From the NCBI GenBank assembly GCA_036172245.1, contig JAYWIR010000020.1, positions 2,294,001-2,358,000 on the forward strand: a DNA stretch of 64,000 bases. The letters run 5' to 3'. This document shows positions 1-13,400 of the stretch, in pieces. The translations under genes were made by a program, and so were the position numbers. The stretch's first letter is position 1. The number at the start of each line of letters is the position of its first letter. Under the pieces are notes generated by a model that made no database searches, was not told the DNA's origin, and saw nothing but the letters and a program-made list of their open reading frames with translations. Source of the stretch: Raillietiella orientalis (taxonomy: Eukaryota).

Positions 1-2589
1 GCCTTGCCTTTCAGCCAACTAGATGGCTGCTAAGATTTTCCTTTACAGTTTCCAATGCTTGTCTGATTACGCTCTCCAGTGAGAGAGTCCGTGTTTGTTT
101 GTTTGTGAAGTATTCCAATTCGTGTTCTTGATTTCCTCTTCCGTGTTTCGAAGCGTTGGATCCAAGCTCCTTTATTCACATTCCGCCTCTCGAGGTCTTG
201 CTTGTCCCCAGCTCAGGTTCTTTTTTGTTTTGCTGACTAACTGTAACTTCCTGGAATGATGGCTTGCACCATTTCACAATTTCCTTCCACTGCCATCCTG
301 TCCACCATCCGCATTTTTTCGGGAGCGCTATTTATTTCTCTTCAGTTCTTGCAGTGATATGCATCGAGTTCTCATTAGTCTGAAGATGGTCATTAACGTC
401 GACTGACTGGACGCGACTCACTTCCTTTTCCTTTTTTGCTGATGGTTCACGCGCTCAATTTATGCGCCTTTAAAATTCTATCCGCTGCTTCCCCTTTACC
501 TTTTTGCGCTTCATTGAGAAATATCTATCTTCACGTTCATATTCAAGTTTTCATCTTCTCATTACTACTTTCACGTAAAATAAAATAAAAAAAAAAGAAA
601 GACGTGCAATAAATCGATGCAAGTAGTCTTCTCGAGATTCCAAACAACAGACCTCATAGTCACCACCAGTTGATAAAAACGTTCCAAGTACTACGTGGCT
701 GTAAACACTCATGTGCGAGCGGGGGGGGGAGAGCACCTACCAATCCTCACGAATGCTGAGATAACATGGTCTTCTACGTGCGGTTTGTATTACGGTTAAG
801 GTCCTCATCATAAGTATTCGGCCTGCTTGCTTATTTACTGATCGGTTCCTCTACTTCTCGGTATTTGATTTCGCCTTCATCCTCAAAAATCCGCTGCCGA
901 CCTCCTAACAGTTTCACAAACGGTTCCTGAGCATTCTAAGGGTAGCAGACAACTCGAGTGGTCAAGATGCTTTCTCAACAGTAAAGTATGTAAACTGTGT
1001 GACCGGTAATGATGGTTTATCGTGTCAAGTATCTTCAAAAGCTTGCAATGAATCCTGCTGTACCACGGAGAAAAGGATGGGACTTGTCGCAAAATCCATC
1101 CTACGCGCTTATTCCTTGTGTTTTTGCGATCTCTGTTTTGACAGGCAGCGCTTTTTTTTTTTTTTTTTTAAAAAAAAAAAGAAAAAGAAAAGTGTTCCAT
1201 AAATCTGATTAAGAACTGAATTAAATTTTTTGCTGCTTGAGAAAACAGAGAGGGGCAAACGTGAAAACCGTGACGAAAGCAAAGCTCTGTACGATTCTGT
1301 CACTGACGTGCTCAGGAATCAGTGAGTTTAAGTTTGAGTGGTCTTGGAGACAGCAGAACATTCGAGGAACTTTCCATTTGTACGCTGCGAATGCTTTCGC
1401 ATCCATCAATGTGGCACGACTTTTCCTCAAACTAAATAAATTCTCTGCGTTACGAAACAAGCAAGCGTCCACTTGGCATTAGCAACGTCAGTGATATAAT
1501 TATGATGCACAAATGTAAACACAATACTCATCTTTTTTTCCTCCTTTTCTAGATTACCTCTCCACTGTCTTATTTCCATCTCCATGATAGCTGGGAATGC
1601 GTACCTCTCCCTCCCTCCGCATCTCCAAGTGGGGAAAAGAGCTCAGCATTGTTCTTTAACAGTGCTGTTCCTACGAATTGCGATGACAGTGGTCAGTACA
1701 CCAATAAACCTACTGGACGGTTCAGGTGCCTCGGCAGCGAGACCCACTTACTCGTTGGAGGCTCTTTCTCCCAATGAAAGAAATCCCAGTCTCTTCACTT
1801 CGATGAAGCAGACACGGTGGAATCCTGCTGGAGAGTAAGATTTTGTTTTTCAGCAGGCTAAGAAACACAAAAAGGTCGATGTTGCTCGAAAATAAATACG
1901 AGCAAAGTCTTCCAACAGGAATATTCCAAACACAAACACACACTAAAGTCGACTACTTCCGGTGATTCCGAGCTGGAATGAAACGTACGGGATAAATGAA
2001 AGCAGTTGGCGTGTGGAGGGTAGCAGATGGGCACAAAAGACCGAGAGGGCTGCTGAATGGGCATTAAAAGATGAAGAACTTTGAAGAACAAGGTGGTACC
2101 GCTTTTTTTCCCCATCTTTTTTTTGATAGGCTATCGCCTGGACACGCCAGAAAAGAAAACAGATGATAACAAAGGGCAATAAACCAATGCAAAGTTCTTA
2201 GATTGTTTTTCGAGGGTAGATTTCGGCAAAACACACATTCTACGAAGAATCCGATTCCACTCCTCCTTTGATATTGTATGACAAACGAACGAAAATCCTT
2301 ATTCTGGATGTATTATTTTTCTCAACTGGTTCTTATGCCGGAATTGCGTCACCAATTGCTTCTAAAGTTTATGAAAGCTTACTGGAAGAAATACTGTGGA
2401 AAGTATTTCTTCTATTGCATCAAGAACCCAGAATGCTGTAAACCTGGGAACTGACATCTCAAAATATATCGAAACATTGTATGCTGGAGAGGATTTTAGT
2501 ATTTCCCCGAAATAATTTATCTGATTTTCTGTATTTCCTTCCTTTCTTTTCCGTATTTCTGACGGAGGGGCCGTTAGCGCACAAAGACC

Positions 2590-4400
2590 GAATCGGTTCT
2601 TCCAGCTCCAATATGGCGTTTTGCAACTTTTGGACTATTTGACGCGACGGCGATTGCTTTATTTGAGCAGCTGCTCTTTCCCAGTTGCTATGGAATGCTG
2701 CAAATATGCACCACTTTTGAAAGTTTTTCGATCAGAATTTCCGATTTCGACTCCCACCGATGTCATAGTGTTTTCTTCATTCTTCTCGTGGCTTCTGGTC
2801 GAGTCCTTAAAGCAGGCTCGACGATCCATCAACCTCTATGTCGCTGAGCATGAAATGCCGTCAGAACGATTCATTCATGGGAAGGTCTCATTTTCTCTCA
2901 AGCCCCTCACTTTGTCGTTTCTCACAGACAATTTCTTCCACGATTGCTTTGTCCTGGTTAATTTCGGGGTTCCAATGGGTGACTGACTTCAAACAGCCTG
3001 GCAAACATTAGCAGTGCATTTGGAGGGTGAAAGTACATTATCCCGAGGATGTGCAAGATATCCGAAGGATCGCTTCCAAAGTAAGCTTTCCTGACTTGTT
3101 GAGCCACAGGGGAGATATTTGCCGTTCAGGATCCAGAGCTGATCCAACAATTCACAGGAACACACGAAGCAGGATCCATCCACTACCTGGGATCCATTAA
3201 TTATCTTAAAAGACTGCAGCGATTTATTCGTTGAAGATGAATTTGAGCGAAACAGATGCTTGGGAAATGAACACTCACTGTCCCTCGTGACAGCGGAGAA
3301 ACTTCGCAGAACTCGTAACTGATTCTCGTTTAGTGTCCAACTTAGACTGGTGTAACGAGGTTCTCATCTCTTTTAGATCAGGTGAGGCGATGTTGGCCGT
3401 CAGCCACACTTTGCTCGTGCCTGCAGTGTTTTTGCATACGAGCACGACAGTTTTTCTCGTCTCCTGCTGGCGTGCGTGTTCGTTCTTTCCAATGAGCCCA
3501 ACATTAAGACATCAAGAAACAAGCATCTCCACAAACCAGTTTCTTGCATGCTGCAGATAAAATTCATGGCGCATAAACTCACGACGCCATAAAAGGCTTC
3601 CGACCACAACTAGCAGCTGAAGATCCATCGGGTCTCTCCCCCCCACCAGTGGCATGAGAGTGGGAGATCTTTTCCGAATTTCTAGAACTGGTCTCAAAGT
3701 CAGGAATGCACTGTGCATGTTCTCGAGCAGCTGAAGACCTGAACAGCCGGAACTCCTCGCAGCAACATCTTTACCTCGAGATGCTCTCCTTCTTGTATCG
3801 GTTTGGAGGAAGGAGATTCCAATTATGATTCAGTGGAAAATTATTTTGTGCAGCTGCCGGCGAGTTAGCTATAGCAAAGTGTGCTGCTTCCTCACAGCAT
3901 CAGTTCGGAGCCGGCTTCCGTTCTCAATCCTTCCTTCGTATGCCTGCAGAGGTCCTGTCCAGAGGTGGTTGGCTGGTGCGAACCTTATGGTGCACACGGA
4001 AGTGAAATCGCTTGCCACGGATCGTTTCTCATTGGAACAGGTTCCAGTAGATCTTCAACATTTCCGGATTGTGCATTGTGTGCATGAATAAAAATGGCTG
4101 GCTGAACTGTATGTTCCAACACTGGCGTAAGCTATACACCGTGGAGACATGGCTGCGTGGCTATGTGGTATGGAAGCAATCCATGTTCCTCTCTGAGATG
4201 GGTCCTGTTGCAATCCGATTTGTTGGAGGGCCATGTAGTTTACCCAAGAGCCATTCTCTGCGGGTTAAAAGCACCAGGATTTCCATACCTCACAGACCAA
4301 ACCAAGCAATTCGTGAAAGCAGTTTGACTCATTTTTCAAGTTCCTCATGGAATCGATTGAACGGCTTCCGAAGAAATGGGATTCTCTCCAGTTTATCCCA
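2590..4400 (+). pseudogene. Highly decayed L1-like RT remnant
   Basis: Eroded motif order FQLQYGVLQ (like GVRQG), TDVIVF (like ADD), FGVPMG (like YLGV), then a Cys-rich segment. Recognised by eye only. Confidence 0.3.
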
Positions 4401-4929
4401 AAGTTGCATGGCAAGCCTTTCCTTATTATGCTTTAATTTCGTTTTTTTCTCTCCCCCCCCCCCCCAACGACACTACTACCTACTCTGTTTCCAGTTGATG
4501 TTTCGTTTAATTAAACGGCTTAAGGCCTAGTAGTAAAAACGACGTGTTTGAAGTTTGTCATTCGTTTTGCAAAACATTCGTCATTAGAATGTGGTTTGTT
4601 AGCATAACATAATCGCTGCCCTTCGGGCCACAGTGCAGATTATCGTGGGCGCATAAGGGAAGCATGGGAGTAAACGTAGTTTCCAAGTCGGCAAGATTAT
4701 TAAGTATTCCTTAAGGAGTGTGCATTTGCATGTGAAACAGTGAGATGGTGGTCAAGTTGTCCCGACGTACCACAACCCCCGTCTTTCGAGCAAGAACACG
4801 CCTTTGCATGGAAGACGAACTTGTGCACAGTCGTGTTGCCAAGCAGTTTCACTCCACTCTTGAGAATTGTTTGTACATTCCAAAACGTACATCCCCAAGT
4901 CAAGATGCTTCCACCCTCTAAGCATCTCA

Positions 4930-4935
4930 TTTATT
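4930..4935 (-). terminator. Candidate polyadenylation signal of BARD1 (AATAAA)
   Basis: First AATAAA noticed on the minus strand downstream of the stop at 5280, about 345 nt away. Positional inference only. Confidence 0.3.
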
Positions 4936-5279
4936 GCCACAATAACGGATATAAGTTTAACGTATAAACGAACTTGGTCATGAACTCCCACACAAAAATG
5001 GTCATTTGAGGGGGGTTTTACTAGGTTATCAGACAATAATCTTTTCGCTGAATCACTTCGTCTGCAAATGCGAAATGAATGCACAAATGATAAACATGGA
5101 AGTGTACATTCCGTGTTCGTGCAAGCAAAATAAACTGCTACCACTTTAAAGTGACAAAGTTTATCGGCAACAGAAAATTACTTATTAGAAGTTCGGCACA
5201 TTCTTAAGCGTCGAAACACTCAACTATGATGAGGACAACTAAATCAAATCCTAAAAAGTACGTTCTTAAAACTGAGCAA

Positions 5280-7217
5280 TCAGTTGCTAGTAACCAGTGG
5301 GTCCAAAATTTGGAATGCATTGATGCAATCAAGAAGCCAGCTAGCAGGCAGAGAGCATAACCAAGCCAAACTATACCGCACGCGTGGGTTTTCAGAAAAT
5401 ATAATGAAATGTGAGCAACAGGATAATGGTCCTGTTTTGGGTGCATGGAAAGGGACATTCATGACACTATCCTGCTGAAGATCTGGCTTAGGCTCACGGT
5501 GAAGCAGGGTGCCACCACCTATCTGGATAAGTTGAATCATCTCATCTTTAGGAACTCCTGGAGTTCGAAAGGCACCTGACAGGTAGATGTAGCAACCATC
5601 AAAAAGCTTTGGAAGCTAGATCAACGATAGCTGTTTGCCTGTGTGTGCACCTACCTGATTCAGGCGATTTAATCGAGCTTGATGAGGTGCACCATCTGTG
5701 GCTACATAATTCCCACTGGTAGATCCCTTAACTTCAAATGGATCTGGAGTTACATACTGCCCTTGATCTAAACATTTTTGCACCCCTGAAGAAAACCAGA
5801 ATTAACATGCATTACCTTTTGACACTCACAAGAAAAGGAGAGTAGCCAAACACCACTGACTAATCCCAACAAGTACTTAAGAGTACGTGGGCACCTTCCT
5901 TCAGGTCCAGTTTGCAAAATGATGTGTGTAACTCTGGTACTAAATTCACTCATGACTTTTGAGGGAAACAACTGACTCAAGTGGTTCAGTTGCTGCTGCT
6001 GTTCAGCACTCAAACCAGAAGCAAGCAACAGCACTTCATCAGAGTTTCCTACTATAGGAGGTTGGGTGACTGATGCCACAGTTTGAAAATTTTGCAGCCA
6101 GCTGGTCAATCCTAGGGAATCCGCCAAGTCTCTTGCAGAACATCCCTTTTTATTTCGTAGATCTGGATCTGCTCCATGGCACAGCAACATTTGTGCTATA
6201 CATAGCTGCTGGCTAGACAAAGCATCATGCAAGGGGGTATCATTGTCCATTCCTGGAATGTTCGGTAATGCTCCATGAAGAAGAAGCTGTTCAACAATAG
6301 GCACATTGCCATGGATGCATGCTTCATGCTGGAAAGAACATGTGCAACTAAATTCATATTTTTTTTTTTTTCTACCAAAGGTGTCCATCCAGCATTGTCT
6401 TTAACATTGGGGTTGGCACCAGCAAGCAATAGTTTCTTGACTTCTTCCACACTTCCCTGAAAGTATTCACTTGGACTCTAGTAGTCATCTATGCTTTACT
6501 TACCTTGATGCAGGCTACATGTAAGGGAGTTTCTCCTTTTGTATTTCGTTTAACTAATGCCACTTTTGATACACCAAGAGAAGGCATGCTCTGGTTCAAA
6601 GCAACTTTGACTTGAATCTTGCTTTTGTTCTTGAGGCACAAAGACTTGCTTGCAGACAGATGTCTTTGCCTTCGTTTGTGAGGTAATGGAGTGCTTGCTA
6701 GCACTGGTGGACATTCACTAGGAACTTCCTGATCATTTGCAAGGATGATGCTGTTATTCTTGACATCTTCATTGTCCAACTTAATATCTCCTTTCAGCCC
6801 CAGTAACCGATGGAGCTGATCAAAACTACAACGTACAGTTGCTTGCAGAGGGTCTAGAAAGTATTCATAGGGAGAACACTTTGTGTCACAAATGGGACAA
6901 CTATTTTTCATCGATGTATTCAAACATTTCTCACACAGTGAGTGTGAACAACATTCTGCCCTGTACAGTGATACATCCATGTGCTCACTAAAAAAAAAAT
7001 CTCTTTAACCTATTCATTCAATTCTCAACCTTAGTGGACATGAATCTGTAATAATAAATTATGGAACAGAGAGTTGTGACAAAAGGAATAACTTCAAGAA
7101 TTTGGTGAGTGTAAGAAAGTTTTTTTCCCACATCAAAAAACATGCTTACCATAAACTGCATTTTAAGTATTGCTCTAGGGCACCCAAGGCGTGCACTGTG
7201 CGCTTCCACTCGGTCAT
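5280..7217 (-). CDS. BARD1: BRCA1-associated RING domain protein 1 homolog, 6 coding exons: 7217-7150, 6987-6504, 6456-6376, 6328-5830, 5785-5655, 5615-5280 (1599 nt, 532 aa)
   Basis: Joining exons at GT..AG sites gives one open frame: MTEWKRTVHALGALEQYLKCSLC...CCSHSLCEKC...CPIC (C3HC4 RING), ankyrin repeats (KRNTKGETPLHVACIKG, KDNAGWTPLHEAC, DNDTPLHDA) and tandem BRCT (LLASGL...RTLKYLLG...W; LPKLFDGCYIYLSG...WLLDCINAFQIL). Intron phases are consistent. RING+ANK+2xBRCT is the diagnostic BARD1 architecture. Confidence 0.95.
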
Positions 7218-7225
7218 TTTTTCGT

Positions 7226-7449
7226 CTGTTGAATTAAATTATTTTAAAGCTCATTTATTTAACATGAAACAATAACGGCAAGCCATCTATCAACTCAGTC
7301 AGGGCTATTTTCAGGTCCAAAGATCACTTCCCCAATGTCTAAAACCCAAAAGTATGATGCAGTATTGAAAGAATGCACGACACGTGCTGAAGCAATGGTT
7401 TTATTGATTGCAAAGTTTTACTGATCCTACGTGTCTACGATATACTTAC
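7226..7449 (-). other. Possible 5' UTR intron of BARD1
   Basis: On the minus strand there is a GTAAGT donor at 7449 and an aattcaacAG acceptor ending at 7226, 8 nt before the ATG at 7217. No transcript evidence. Confidence 0.4.
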
Positions 7450-10400
7450 ATGCTACTGAACAATGTTACAATACATATTAAGTTTGTTTAACAGTTTCAC
7501 TACCGAAAACACTTGCTGTCTTTTCATTCTAGCACAAACGAAGAAACATACAAACAAACTGAAAGTTTCTCCTTGACTTCCGTTCTATGTTTGTAACCCG
7601 CTTAAAAACTTTGAAAGCAGGATTGCAACCTTCAATCGCAGAATTCCGAGTTGCTTGCATATAATAACAACTTAGTCTTATGACTGTCTTTAAAATACTT
7701 AGTCTTACAAACGTGAACTTAGTCCATTTATTTTTGTTTTAGTCTTTTTGTTCCGTTTATTCCATATACCTTTGTCAAAGCTTCGTCGGAAGCGATTTTA
7801 CGGACAAATATAAAAGCTCATCCCAAGTTGCAAATTTTTAACGAAAAAGATATGGGTTATCGTTAACAATTGCTATTATCAGACTGAATACTGAAATTAC
7901 CAACATTATTACGATGCATGACTTTGTAGAATTATCCTCTGTCTTCCTTCTCCAAATCAAATTCATGAGGGATTTCTTTTTCTGTGAAGAGTGCTTATTC
8001 TAGAGTTATGTTTCATTATACGCCGTAGTTAAAATGAATGCCTGAAACATTTTTCATCACATGTACAGTGTATTTTGATTCTATCACAATAATATGTTGT
8101 GAATGAAGCTTAATTGCAACGAAAATAATTTATGAAATATCGTATCCTTAAGTATGTTCTAAAACTTTCATTCTCTGTTATAAAATATTTATGCTTCATG
8201 TTATCGCATTTTTGGATCGGAATTATAGATCTGTAGCTATAGATCTTGGATGCTGATCCCAGTTCCAGTTTTCGTTCTCGCCGGGAAGTCATTTAAAGAT
8301 GATAATCAAATGCTGGTTCGTTTATACCAAGAAACCCTATTTGGAATCGATAAAAAGAGCAGGACTGATGAATGAGTTGCCTTATCGTTGATGCAATTCA
8401 CTCCAAAAAATGCTGGAAAAAGTGCACATTTGGTTTCTGTCTGTTTATTAAATATACGAAAAATCACGTTGCCTACACTCTTGGAGATCACAACAGTTTC
8501 GGATAAGGATTCTGTTTCTCTACAACATTTAGCACATGCCTCAGTTAGAGAGTTGCTCCCATACAGAAGTCATGAGATACATTAGATAAGATTTTTTTAT
8601 TGTTGCTGAAATCTAAAAAAAAAAAAAAGTAATTCAGAATGCAGTTCAAGTACTCAATAGAAAACCAATAGGATTCTGCAATACCAAATTTAAACATTAA
8701 GAAAGTAACCTTTAAAAATAACTTTCCTGTTACATACCATCTTATTTATATCTTGGAATATGGTGCACAAATTATAATCTGTAAAGCAGATATTCATATT
8801 TGCTTTGTAAAGATCTTGTTAATAAACCTGAATCTACTTAAAAGTGTATTCAAATTAGGAGTATAGACTATGCAACCTTGTTCATAAGATGAAACCTTTT
8901 TTTTTTTTTTTTTACAAGAGCAACAACTTAATGACTTCCATAACAGATTTTCTCAATTCAATTTGATTCATTGCATTCTAAAGGCAAATTTCAAGCTCAG
9001 ACTTGAAAACTACTATACTTGTGAGAGGCACCCTTTTGAGATTCCTTTGATAAGCACCATCATAGTTATCATCATACATCGCTATCTGCCTATCCATACT
9101 CCTTTTGATTCTTGGTTTTTAGTTATCTCATTACTTTAGTCTACAGGAGAAGTTACTGATTGCTATTGTTTGCAATTCATAACGAATATTGCATTTCTAT
9201 GTGCTGCCTTTATTTGTGTGAAGGTTTCTGAATTCAAAAGCATCATTTCCAAAGTAAAACAAGAAGGACCTTCGAAGAGAAAAGAAGTAGATGAGCGATG
9301 ATTCAATTCGAAAATAATTTCGGACTCATTTGAATGCGATTGATCTTTAAAAAGGGATGAGCACTACGAAGGAAAGTGAAATTCTAGTCTGACGGAAACT
9401 CAGAAACGGATATTTTTTTTTTTAACCCTTAAGATCCTGAACTGTTGAGCTCTGAATCGAACTTGAAGTAACCTGAGACAAACGATGAGTGACACCAACG
9501 AATTACAAGAGGGTGCAAAATAGCGACGAAGATGCCAATCAGAAATTTAAATTTGCTGGTGGATCTGCAGGACGTTTAAGATCATTACAAGCATTATATT
9601 TGAGAGTAGAAATGCTCATTAGAGGAGAGTCCTTAGAAGGTTTTGTGGATTTTCAAAAGTTCCAAAGTTCCGAAGTGACTTGCAGTAGTGAATCGAAGGG
9701 ATCTGTGTAGTCATGAGAACGAAGTGAGTGGATTTCGGATGCGAACTGGTCAATCCATACAGAGCAGGAAACGACGAGGCGTTTGAATGCATCTTTGCGA
9801 GCTCTAACCGGGAATCACAGAAATCTACAGGGCAGAGTGATTGCGATCCGAATTCGCGACTTTTGCGAAGAAAGAAAAGGAGAGCACACGACTGGAACAT
9901 TTCATAGACTGGATACAAAAATACGTGAGTAGAGATGGCTCTCCAGAGATACTATCAGATAATATGAGGCTGCAAGCTGCACTGCGGAAACACTTCCATC
10001 GTCCATCTCAAAATACTTAAAAAGTGTGGAGAGGTATGTGGACGCACCAGAGAGGTGTCGATGAGCTCGAAAGTGAACGCAGAAAAAACGCTTCCTCCCA
10101 CATGAGAAGAGGATGCTAAGCAATCCGGAGGATTCGTGTTTGCGTGTTACGCATGAAGCCATGCGAATGAGGAGCTCATGGCCAAGAAGATATTTACTCA
10201 GAAAAAAAAAAAAAAATGAGGCGTTGCGAGTATTCCGCGCTTTGCGTTAACTGACGTATAAAAGTTAACTGCGTATAAAAGAGATCTCTTTTGAATTCAG
10301 TTGCGATGTGTTATGGGAGTACCTGCGCAGGAAAGAGAAACGGTGCGTGTGTAGAGTGTGCAACACGTACACAGTACCCTTTCAGAATCGTATGCTTTGC

Positions 10401-13400
10401 TCCGGAAAGGTTTCACGAGAGCGCTGGGAGGAAACGTAGATTTGCAAGAACGAGAGGCTGGAAAAATGTCCCGGGACAAACCATGCTTGTGGTTTCCCTG
10501 TTTCATCCACCCTAGCCCGGAATCTCGTTTCCGCAGCTGGTGCATGGAAGGATTTGAGGTAGGCGCAGGTGGATTTATCCTTATCCGTGTTTTGAACACA
10601 AAAGCTAAGAGATCAAGGAGTGTGGCGCATAGGGTATTTGGTTGTGATTGGTTCTGGGTCGCCAGAGTCATGTGTGTATGTGTGTGTTTTTTATCATATT
10701 TCAAGTCATCTTTACTTACGTTGTCATCTGACATCAGTTTAGTCTTCCATGTTATAACGATACTTCTGAGAGAAAATTAGGTGGAGTGGACAAATCTCCT
10801 CACTCGTCCATTTTTCCTCCGTACTCGCCAAGCAAATTCTTGAAATTTCGCTTTATTGTGGAATGTCTACTCCTGCTTTTGTCTAAACACGACTCCTTTT
10901 CATCAACTTATTCGTTGCAGTGGATTCGACGTTTGTCCAGATATCCCGACAGCTAATCCAGAACTTTGAAAGTTTACATCTCGGTTCTTGGTCCACTGAA
11001 TCTCGCCTTTGTCCAAACCGTCTTTTCTTTATCGGTTCGATCGGCATCCGTATTTCAAAATGCACTCGTGCCTTCTCCCATGTTCACTCTAAGTTGCGTG
11101 AGCGATGCAGCCGTAACAAATCATTTTCAACTGCTTACCATGCGGAAACTATGAGTCTCAGGTATATACATATTGCGCCCTACATATTTCGTACATTTGA
11201 CATGTACAGTCCTTTTCTCACTCCTTTCCCCCTTTCTCAGCTTGCTTGTCAGATCTAAATTTTTCAACTAGTTCCAGATATCAACAGAATCTGATTTCCT
11301 AAACAGTCAGTCGCCAGATAAAAGTAGCCATCTACATTCGCAACTTCTCTTGACGTCTTGGAATTTCCAGAGCTGCGTTTTTTTCCTCTTTTTTTCTTCA
11401 CGCAGTTAACTCGATCAGGTTCGTTGCCACGAGACCCAGCATTAGCAACGAAATGTTCCTTTGTTACGACTTGCTGAAATTCCTGCATCCGATTTGTGTC
11501 CGACTTCACCAATCAGTGTTTTCCTCACTCTTTTTTCAAATTCCAGAACAAAAGCATCAAAAAAAAAAAACGCACTTTTGATCATGCTTGATTGTTTTTC
11601 AGCGCAACTCCAACTTGCCGTTTTGAACAAAGATCTGCTCATGCTTGTCCTCAGGATGATCTTGGTAACCATGACCATGATGTGCCACTGTTACCAGGCG
11701 TGAATGATGTGAATGCATGCGACACGAATTGTAGCGTTTCCCAAACATTTCCTCTGACGGGACACTTCGCAAATCCTGAAATTGTAACGGAATACCTCGG
11801 TTGTTTTAAAGGGTAGGAGGGTATTCAATAATAAATAAATGAAGCACGCAAACATAAGAGTTAAGAAAACAAAACAAACATCCACTCTCAACTTTTAATT
11901 ATGTCAGACAAAACACATGGAAATAGTAGAATAAACTTGATGGCATTTAAGAGATGTTAGTTTTCATAATTTTCCACGGAACACTTATTGGCTTTCCGCG
12001 TCGTAACCACCAGTGTTCCGCGGAACACGGTGTAGGAAACGTTGCGCTACGTCATCGATCGTAAACGCACGCCTCGACTGCCGGTTTGCACAACCCGGAC
12101 ACCACGGTTGTCAAGCTTGCATCTGCTTGTTCTTTTGCATTGGTTTCTTGCCTGGTGACGAAGATCCTGCACCAGTTGATTTGGGCAAGGGACGTTGCTC
12201 AGCACAGCGCCGAACGGCTCGACACTTCCTTTTTATTCTAAGCCGGAACCTGTGGTAATCGCTCGCGCTACGACTCTCAAGGGCAAATAGAAAAAAAAAA
12301 AAAGAAATTATCTGGTGGATTAGAATGGATTGATCAAAATACAACCGACCCGGAGTCAGATCAGATCAAAGTAGAGCCTCTAAAAGAACCAAGGAAATTT
12401 CCTGCTCAACAGCGTGTAACCAGAATCAACGCATCCCTTCCTATTCATCACAATATATACATATATATGTATTTTGCATTCTAGTTTCGGTTCCTCTTTT
12501 CCCACTGATGGATTTCCACAAATTCCTAATTCCAGGTAATGGAACTGAGGATTTCGACAAGCACTGCTTCATTAGCTGAAAAAGCAATGCATCTGATCAT
12601 CAGCGGAAAAGTGGACGTCACTAAGGAATATCCCCCGGGGATCTGTCTGTCAGCTTCTCTTTTCCCACCGGGTTTGCAAAAGAACAGCGAGACCCAGTCG
12701 TATCGCAGTCTCCCTCAAAGCAATCACATTTTTCTTAGGAGAAACTTCCAGTCGCGGAAGGCAATCTGCAAACATAGTTAGGAGACGCACTTTAAGCAAA
12801 AAGCGCAAAAAATACAAAAGACTTTTTGCTCACAAACTTGCTCTTTGTCATCCTAAGGGGTTCAGGATGTGGACTTTCCTCTTCTCTCACTTATCGCGTG
12901 CTCTTGAGACCGAAATGTCCCTCTTTTCCGTTTCGTCACCTACTCGCTGGACCCTTTCCGTATCTGCGAATCGTTCTTCTCCCCAACTGGTTTCCAAACT
13001 AGGGTAGGAATCTCATATCCTTGCCGATGTTGGTTTTCTTTTGGACACGAATCGATCTCAAAAGCGCTGCTACTTCAATGCGTGAACGAAAATTTCAGAT
13101 TTGACACAAAACACGAAGGGGTTATAAGATGGCCGATGGGCATTCTAACAGCATGGAATGCGTCCGTTCATGAATCGCCTGCTCCACCCTTGCTCGAAAC
13201 CGTGCACTTCAGACACGGCTCTACTTTTGGGGAAAATGAGTCGTCGTATTCTGGTGGTGTTGACCATAAACAGACATCGGCATGTGATCCACGTGGAGAC
13301 CCGAGAATCCACATCTTCCAATTACTCATCGATTGGAGCTTCAGAACAATAAAAAAAAAAAAAAAAAAAATCATTATGTGTCAGATTAATGAACCTATGG

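Noticed and set aside
5768..6980. ORF-track entries 5768..6388, 6196..6450 and 6489..6980 as separate genes
   Set aside because: They are exons of one spliced BARD1 gene. Their listed starts and ends run into introns.
7450..7503. 6-nt 5' UTR microexon preceded by a 48-nt intron in BARD1
   Set aside because: Splice-like dinucleotides exist but the donor is weak and nothing constrains the model without transcripts.
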